Made by a program: the position numbers and the translations under genes
The notes under the pieces: generated by a model
Seen by the model: the letters and a program-made list of their open reading frames with translations, nothing else
Databases searched by the model: none
Told to the model about the DNA's origin: nothing
Shown here: positions 58,655 to 64,000 of the stretch, in pieces
How the letters are laid out: the number at the start of each line of letters is the position of its first letter
How positions within the stretch are numbered: the first letter of the stretch is position 1
NCBI GenBank assembly: GCA_048771875.1
Contig: CM109696.1
Coordinates: 72,824,529 to 72,888,528, forward strand
Direction: 5' to 3'
Source of the DNA: Ctenodactylus gundi
Lineage: Eukaryota
DNA length: 64,000 nt

Positions 58655-61427
58655 ATTTCCCCACAATTTTTATTAATATACAAATGTAATACATAGTATT
58701 TACAATGAATTTGGGTGTTTCGTACATCTATGTATCACATCGACTTCACAATTCCTTCCCATCTCCTACTCTCCCACCTCCTCCCTGTCCCTTCCCCCAG
58801 CTCCAGCTATCACTTCATATGGTTCCAAAGAATGTCTGTGTTCTGGGTTTTCCAAGTCCGAGAAACCATACGGTGTTTAACATATTAATCTTCCACGCCT
58901 AAATCATTTCACTCAAGTCACCACTCTACCCCAGCTTCCTATTCCTCTAATAGGTTCACAGCAGTCAAATCTTGATATCTCCTCTCTGAATCCAACTAAT
59001 CCCTTCATTGGGATATTCACCAAAAGTTTTTTTTTCCACATTTTCCTACATCTTTGTTGTTATTGTTAAACCTGGCCTTACCCACCAGTTCACACTAGAA
59101 AATAATTATAAGCATGTAGTTCAAAAGACTAGTTAGTTTGGGAAAGAAGAAAAAATAATAAATAAATAAAATTCAGTTGCCTTAGCTGAATGCTGGAAGG
59201 TGCATATTTGTACATTCACAAGGTTATCTTTACATCAATCAGTTTCCTTAGGATAAACTTTCATTAGTGACCTAATAAGTGAATTGCTACAACAAAACAA
59301 AGTTAAAACTATATCACATTGCTGCATTAAATGAACTTAAATCTATACCACATAAATATACTTAAAGCAACAGACATGTAGGCAAATCTGGTTATTTCTT
59401 AATTTCCTAACTTTTATATCTTATTTACTCATACTTCACTGATTACTAACCTACTTTTTTCTCAGCTCCTTCTCCTGTAGCTGTTGTCACTTTTCCTCTG
59501 GGGTCATTGGTGTCACTGGTCTCCCTTTCACTGTCCAAGTTTCTTTTAAGTATTTTCTGCAATACTGGCTCAGTGGCTGAAAATTCCTTTAAGCTTTCTC
59601 TGTCGTGGAAAGTTTTAAGTTCTCCCTTTAAGTTAAAAGATAATTTTGCTGGATATAGCAGTCTTGGCTGGCATCTATGTTTTTTAGTGCTTGGATGATA
59701 TTGCTCCACGATTTCCTTGCTTTTAGAGTTTGGATTGAAAAATCTGCCATTATCCTGATGGGCTTATCTTTGTAGGTCACCTTCTGTTTTTCTCTTACCG
59801 CTTTTAGTATTTTCCCTTTGTGTTGGGTTTCTAGAATTTTAATTATGATGTGTTGTGATGAGGATCTCTTCTGATCAAAGTTGTTTGGTGTTCTATATGC
59901 CTGCAAAAGTTCCATGTTCATTTCTCTTCTTAGATTTGGGAAATTTTCTTCCATTATTTCATTAAACATGTCCTTTAAGCCTTTTGTTTTGTCCTCAGTC
60001 TTCTCCTCGATTCCCATAATTCTGAGGTTATTTCTCCTGGAATCATCTATCAGCCGTTGTAATGATTCACTTTCTTTATTTACTTTGTATTCTTCATGGC
60101 CTGTATGTTGCAGCTTAGTCACTTTATTTTCTAGGTCTGCCATGCTATTCTGAAGTTGTTTAAAGTGGTTGTTTATTATTACCTGTGTGTTTTTCATTTC
60201 CTGAATATCTGCATTGAATTTTTCTATATCTCTGTTGTGTTCTTCTCTAATTTCTTGTTTTGTCTTCATTATCTTCTGGTATATTTCTTCTCTGGTCTCC
60301 TCTAGCTGCTTTTCAGGGCTTGCCTTTTGCTTATCTATGTATTGGTGTAGCTCTTCTGCTGTCTGTTTAATTTCCTGCTTTAATTCCTTTTTTAATTCAC
60401 TGAATTTCTGAACCCAGAAGTTGCCATCATTTTTGCCATATTCATCTTTATTTACCCTGACTTCATCTCCTGGGGTTTCAGGTCTTTTTGTAGGAGAATT
60501 GTGCCTGCGCTTCCCCAATTCTTCTTTGGTCTCCTCTAATTCCTTTTCAAGGCTTGCTTTATGCTTAGCTAAGTGTTCTTGTAGTTCTCGCACTGTCTGA
60601 TTTATTTCCTTCTTTGCTTCCTGGTTTAATTCCTCCTTTAATTCCTGCTTTAATTCACTGACTATCTGGGCCCAGAGATTGCCATCATTTTTGTCCTTTT
60701 CTTTGGGTTTTGCAATTTCAGCACCCCTTGCACCCTCCCCTGGGGAATCAGATCTTTTTGTGTAAGATTTGTTACCACATTTCCCCATAGTACTGCTACC
60801 TCTGACTGTCTCTGGTGCGCAGGAAAAGTGAATGGCTCCTGCTGACGTCACTGCCTGTGATGGCTGTTGAGTCTCGTTTCTGATCTGGGATCCCGGGACC
60901 TTTTCTAGGGGGAGCGCACACTGCAGTTGTAGTACACACACCCACCAGTTGATGCTTCTGAGGCTGGGTCCACCCGCAGCCAGTGATTCCCACTAGTCCG
61001 GATCCGCGCTTACCTGGTGCTGAGGTTCTGGCCTCCGAACCTTGTTTATGATCTGTGGGTGCCGGCAGCGTAGGGCCGTGCTGAGTCAGCTGCTTCTGAC
61101 CTGCCCACAGCCTCTTGTCCCGTTGTTGTGTGCTCCATCCTCTCCAGCTCCATACAGTCAGATGTTCAGGTGCCCGAGAGCTTTCCTCTGGGAGCCGTTT
61201 GCAGCCAGCTGCGGCGGCTATCTGGACCACAGCGATTTTTTTTACCCCCTCTGGTTTTGATGATCCTTCGGAGTTTCTGGCCTCCTACTGGTCACCTTTC
61301 AGTTTCTGGGGATGCACCTCTCTTTCCTAGCTATACTGAACATGCAACTATCTTCTTGACTTTTTAAGTGAGTTGATGAGGAGACTTTGTGCAGTGCTGT
61401 TACTCAACCGCCATCTTGACCGGAACC
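58655..61427 (-). mobile_element. ORF1-only L1-derived retroelement (HAL1-like), copy 4, best preserved. On the element strand it runs 5'UTR 61427..60789 (no monomer array), ORF1 from 60788 (or from 60941 if the upstream in-frame Met is counted) to 59631, then a ~0.8 kb 3' region at ..58655. It has no ORF2.
   Basis: A perfect 15-bp TSD, cagcaagtgagcttt, occurs at 58640-58654 and 61428-61442. The 5' terminus (reverse complement) reads ..gtcaagatggcggttgagtaac. The 3' region has the same two parts as in copies 1 to 3, with a short A-rich end (..aataaaaattgtggggaaat). Confidence 0.8.
59628..60941 (-). CDS. L1 ORF1p-like ORF of 437 aa within HAL1-like copy 4. It has a coiled-coil N-terminal part with an internal ~90-aa tandem duplication, a central RRM-like part, and a C-terminal frameshift.
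   Basis: The translation reads ..MGKCGNKSYTKRSDSPGEG..KNDGNLWAQIVSELKQELKEE.. and a second unit LGKRRHNSPTKRPETPGDE..KNDGNFWVQKFSELKKELKQEIKQ.. It then reads ..RLIDDSRRNNLRIMGIEEKTEDKTKGLKDMFNEIMEENFPNLRREMNMELLQAYRTPNNFDQKRSSSQHIIIKILETQHKGKILKAVREKQKVTYKDKPIRIMADFSIQTLKARKSWSNIIQALK. A 1-bp deletion near 59705 replaces the canonical EHKCQPRLLYPAKLSF.. tail. That tail is still readable in another frame as ORF 59446..59709. Confidence 0.7.
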   Translation of the reverse strand: MCVLQLQCALPLEKVPGSQIRNETQQPSQAVTSAGAIHFSCAPETVRGSSTMGKCGNKSYTKRSDSPGEGARGAEIAKPKEKDKNDGNLWAQIVSELKQELKEELNQEAKKEINQTVRELQEHLAKHKASLEKELEETKEELGKRRHNSPTKRPETPGDEVRVNKDEYGKNDGNFWVQKFSELKKELKQEIKQTAEELHQYIDKQKASPEKQLEETREEIYQKIMKTKQEIREEHNRDIEKFNADIQEMKNTQVIINNHFKQLQNSMADLENKVTKLQHTGHEEYKVNKESESLQRLIDDSRRNNLRIMGIEEKTEDKTKGLKDMFNEIMEENFPNLRREMNMELLQAYRTPNNFDQKRSSSQHIIIKILETQHKGKILKAVREKQKVTYKDKPIRIMADFSIQTLKARKSWSNIIQALKNIDASQDCYIQQNYLLT

Positions 61428-61800
61428 CAGCAAGTGAGCTTTTTAAGATTTTAGCTTAATATTCTAATTTTTCATTTACTCTTATGATTCTGAGGATTTT
61501 TGAATCATCTAGTTGTTGGATCTAGCCTCCTTGTTGACTTGCTGATTTTATATGATTCATAGCTTCATCTTTGTCTTCAGTTTTTAAGGTTCTATCCCTG
61601 TGTCAGTTACTCAGTTGCCCATAACTTTCCACTGAGGTTTTCATCACCTGGATTCCTCTTGGTGTCTTCATATTTTCTAATTGTTTGCTCATATTGGTTA
61701 CTCACATCTTGTCTTGGTTAGCTCTGCCATCATACTACTTGTGTCTTTCATCTCACTGACTGTTTAATCTGTTTAATTATATCCTCCCTAAGTTCACTAC

Positions 61801-62026
61801 TTTTTTTTGAGACAGGCCCTTGCTCTGTAATCTAGGCTGGTCCTGGACACCTTATGTAGCCCAATCTGACCTCGACCTAATGACAATGCTCTTGCCTCAG
61901 CCTCCTGTGTGCTGGGATTATAGAGTATGCCAACATACCCTGCTTATGTGGTTCTGGGGAATGAATCCAAAGTCTTGAGCTTGCTAGGCAGGTACTTTAA
62001 CCACTAAGCTATTCCTCCGTCCCCCT
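61801..62026 (-). mobile_element. ID–B1 composite SINE
   Basis: ttttttttgagacaggcccttgctctgtaatctaggctggtcctggacaccttatgtagcccaatctgacc ... ggcaggtactttaaccactaagctattcctccgtcccc. Confidence 0.7.
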
Positions 62027-63429
62027 CATTAAACATTTTAAGGAAGTGGTTTCATTCTCCTTTAACTCCTCAAGCATTTCCACCATTTGGCTTTTGAGAT
62101 TTCTCTGGTTCATTTCTCTTCTATCTCCATTTAATTAATTAGCCTTTGGTGAGTTAGGGACTTTGGGGACCATCTTGTTGGCTTGGGTTTTTTTTATTTC
62201 TTTGTTTTGTTTTTGAGACAAGGTCTTGCTCTGTAGTCCAGGCTGGTCCTGAATTCAATCTGTAGCCAGGCTGGCCTCTAACTCATGGCAGTCCTCCTGT
62301 TTTAGCCTCACAGTGCTGGGAGTATTGGGATTACAGGCTGCATGGTGTTATAGTGGTACTCAGATACTGCTTTGCAAAAAAGAGAACAATTTATCCTGTT
62401 GTATCAATTTATGCAGAACCAACCATATTCCAGTCATATTGTTTAAGGCTTGTTTTGACAGTTTTAATTTTTTTCCTTGATAACCTGGGAAATTGGTGGA
62501 TTGGTGCCCGATACCAATAGGACCGGGTATAGAGGATAACAATAGAAGTGAGGGTCAAGAATGGAGAGAAAGTAGTGTAGAGAAGAGGGAAGAAGAAATT
62601 AGAGGTAGCCACAGGACAGATATTATAACTACCAGTTGAAAATTTGTGTTTGATTCCTCCATACACAGTTTATGGTGGGGATCACCCTGTTTAGTCCATG
62701 ACAAGTACTTTTCATTTTAAAGCACTGATGGGTTTTTATTCTCTACCTTATGCAAACACCTCACATGTAAGAGATAAAGAGAAAAGGAAAAAAAGAAAAC
62801 AAAAAAGAAAGAGGAAATAACAAGGGAAGAAGGAAAGATTGTTTTCCTTTTTTAAGTTGCACACATCTTCACACTGACACTTATAGGATGAGTTTCTTCC
62901 AGGCACGCGGTTTGCTTCGGGTAACCTCTGCAGTGTTTTGCAGTTATACAATCAGGATTAGTCTGGTGTTTTTGTCTCTGTTCTTTCATTGGTGTTTAAC
63001 AGGTTCAGGTGAGTGGTTAGAGAGAGCTGGTCAGTTGTATGGTCCTCTACTGGCCTTTGTGGGAGAGAGGACTTATTTCATAGACCCTCCTGTCAGTGGA
63101 AATGCTTAAATTGCCTAAATCTGTGCTGCTGAGATTGAGCATGTGGAGTCAGTCTAGCTCTGTGATGACCCTTCTCCTAGATTCTTCATCCAGCCTATGA
63201 TTTCAGTGGGTGAGGATCCCTCTGCTTGGAATGTAGCCAAGTCCAGGAGCCAGTGGCAGTATGTTCCACAGGTTCCTAGTTTGTCTGTAATTAGTGGCCA
63301 GTGTGTTGTAAGGCAAATGAGCAAAACAGGAATAAATGCTTGCCACCCAAAGCGAGCGGTTTAAAAAAGTCTTGGGTGAGAGAAATGGCTCAGCTGTTAA
63401 ATGCTTACTTTTTTTGTTCGGTAGTGTTT

Positions 63430-63670
63430 CTTGGTTTTTATTTACATATCGCCTCCCTTTCCCCTTCCCACCCTCTCATCCCCCTCCTACTTTCCCTTTC
63501 CACAATGTTTATCTTCTATATCTTTTGCAGTTTTTATGCATTGGTCTTATATTAGAGAGACCATATGATATTTAACTTTCTGGGTCAGATTCATTTTGAT
63601 GAGCATGACGTTCTCAAGGTTCATCCATTTACTTACAAATGACCCAAATGACCCATACATTTCTGGCACA
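63430..63670 (-). mobile_element. 5'-truncated antisense L1 3' end
   Basis: tttacatatcgcctccctttccccttcccaccc...gagagaccatatgatatttaactttctgggtcagattcattttgatgagcatgacgttctcaaggttcatccatttacttacaaatgac, as in the other L1 3' fragments. Confidence 0.55.
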
Positions 63671-64000
63671 GGGCACCTGCTCACTAAACAGTGGTCAGGA
63701 AGCAGAAAGCAAAGGGGCTCGCCAGGGAGGAGATACATGCTTCCGTATCACACCTCCAGGGACCCATCCCTCCAAGCAAGCCCAGCCTTCTGAGAGCACG
63801 TGAAATCATCTGTGGATTAATCCATCCATGAGTTTAGTGTCCCATGATTCAATCACCTTACAACACATTAGATAGGTTTTTGCAGGGTATTTTAGATTTA
63901 AACCATAATATCACCTTGTTTTTCTCATGTGAAGTCACCTGCTTTTCAAAATTGACTGTTGAAAATCATAGTATGCTATTTATTTTTCCTAAAATATATG

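Noticed and set aside
59628-60941. 437-aa ORF as a host protein-coding gene
   Set aside because: It is L1 ORF1p, with its coiled-coil, RRM-like ..NLRIMGIEEKTEDK.. and CTD-like ..YKDKPIRIMADFS.. segments. It is embedded in a TSD-flanked retroelement, so it is annotated as an element ORF rather than a cellular gene.
1-64000. Prokaryotic-style systems such as CRISPR arrays, defence islands, operons and terminators
   Set aside because: The sequence is mammalian nuclear DNA, with spliced exons, a CpG island, SINEs and LINEs. There are no direct-repeat or spacer arrays, and no dense co-oriented ORF clusters other than retroelement ORFs.

Overview
This window is mammalian genomic DNA, not prokaryotic. 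It carries the 5' part of the PARP4 (vault poly-ADP-ribose polymerase) gene on the + strand: a promoter CpG island, a non-coding exon 1, and coding exons 2 to 14. Those exons encode the N-terminal BRCT (BRCA1 C-terminal) region and the PARP catalytic domain, including the HGS motif, the GIYFSDS motif and the DDEFVVY catalytic glutamate.

The SINE repertoire is of rodent type. It is dominated by ID–B1 composite elements, meaning a tRNA-like head fused to a 7SL-derived B1 body, plus B1 monomers and ID-like pieces, which points to a non-murine rodent-like lineage. The introns are saturated with more than 50 such SINE copies. They also hold a full-length but degenerate sense-strand L1 in intron 2 and many 5'-truncated antisense L1 3' ends. 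Two MaLR-like solo LTRs (from an endogenous-retrovirus-like family), several microsatellites, a 57-bp minisatellite and an RPL35 processed pseudogene are also present.

The most unusual content is a family of ORF1-only, HAL1-like L1-derived retroelements of about 2.8 to 3.1 kb. Each has a 5'UTR, ORF1 and about 0.8 kb of 3' region, with no ORF2. Four copies on the - strand come from three insertion events, each flanked by 14 to 15-bp target-site duplications (TSDs). One event is a dimeric insertion sharing a single TSD. One copy carries a 437-aa ORF1 with an internal ~90-aa duplication and a C-terminal frameshift.

No CRISPR arrays, operons or other prokaryotic systems are present. All coordinates carry roughly ±10 bp uncertainty unless stated otherwise.
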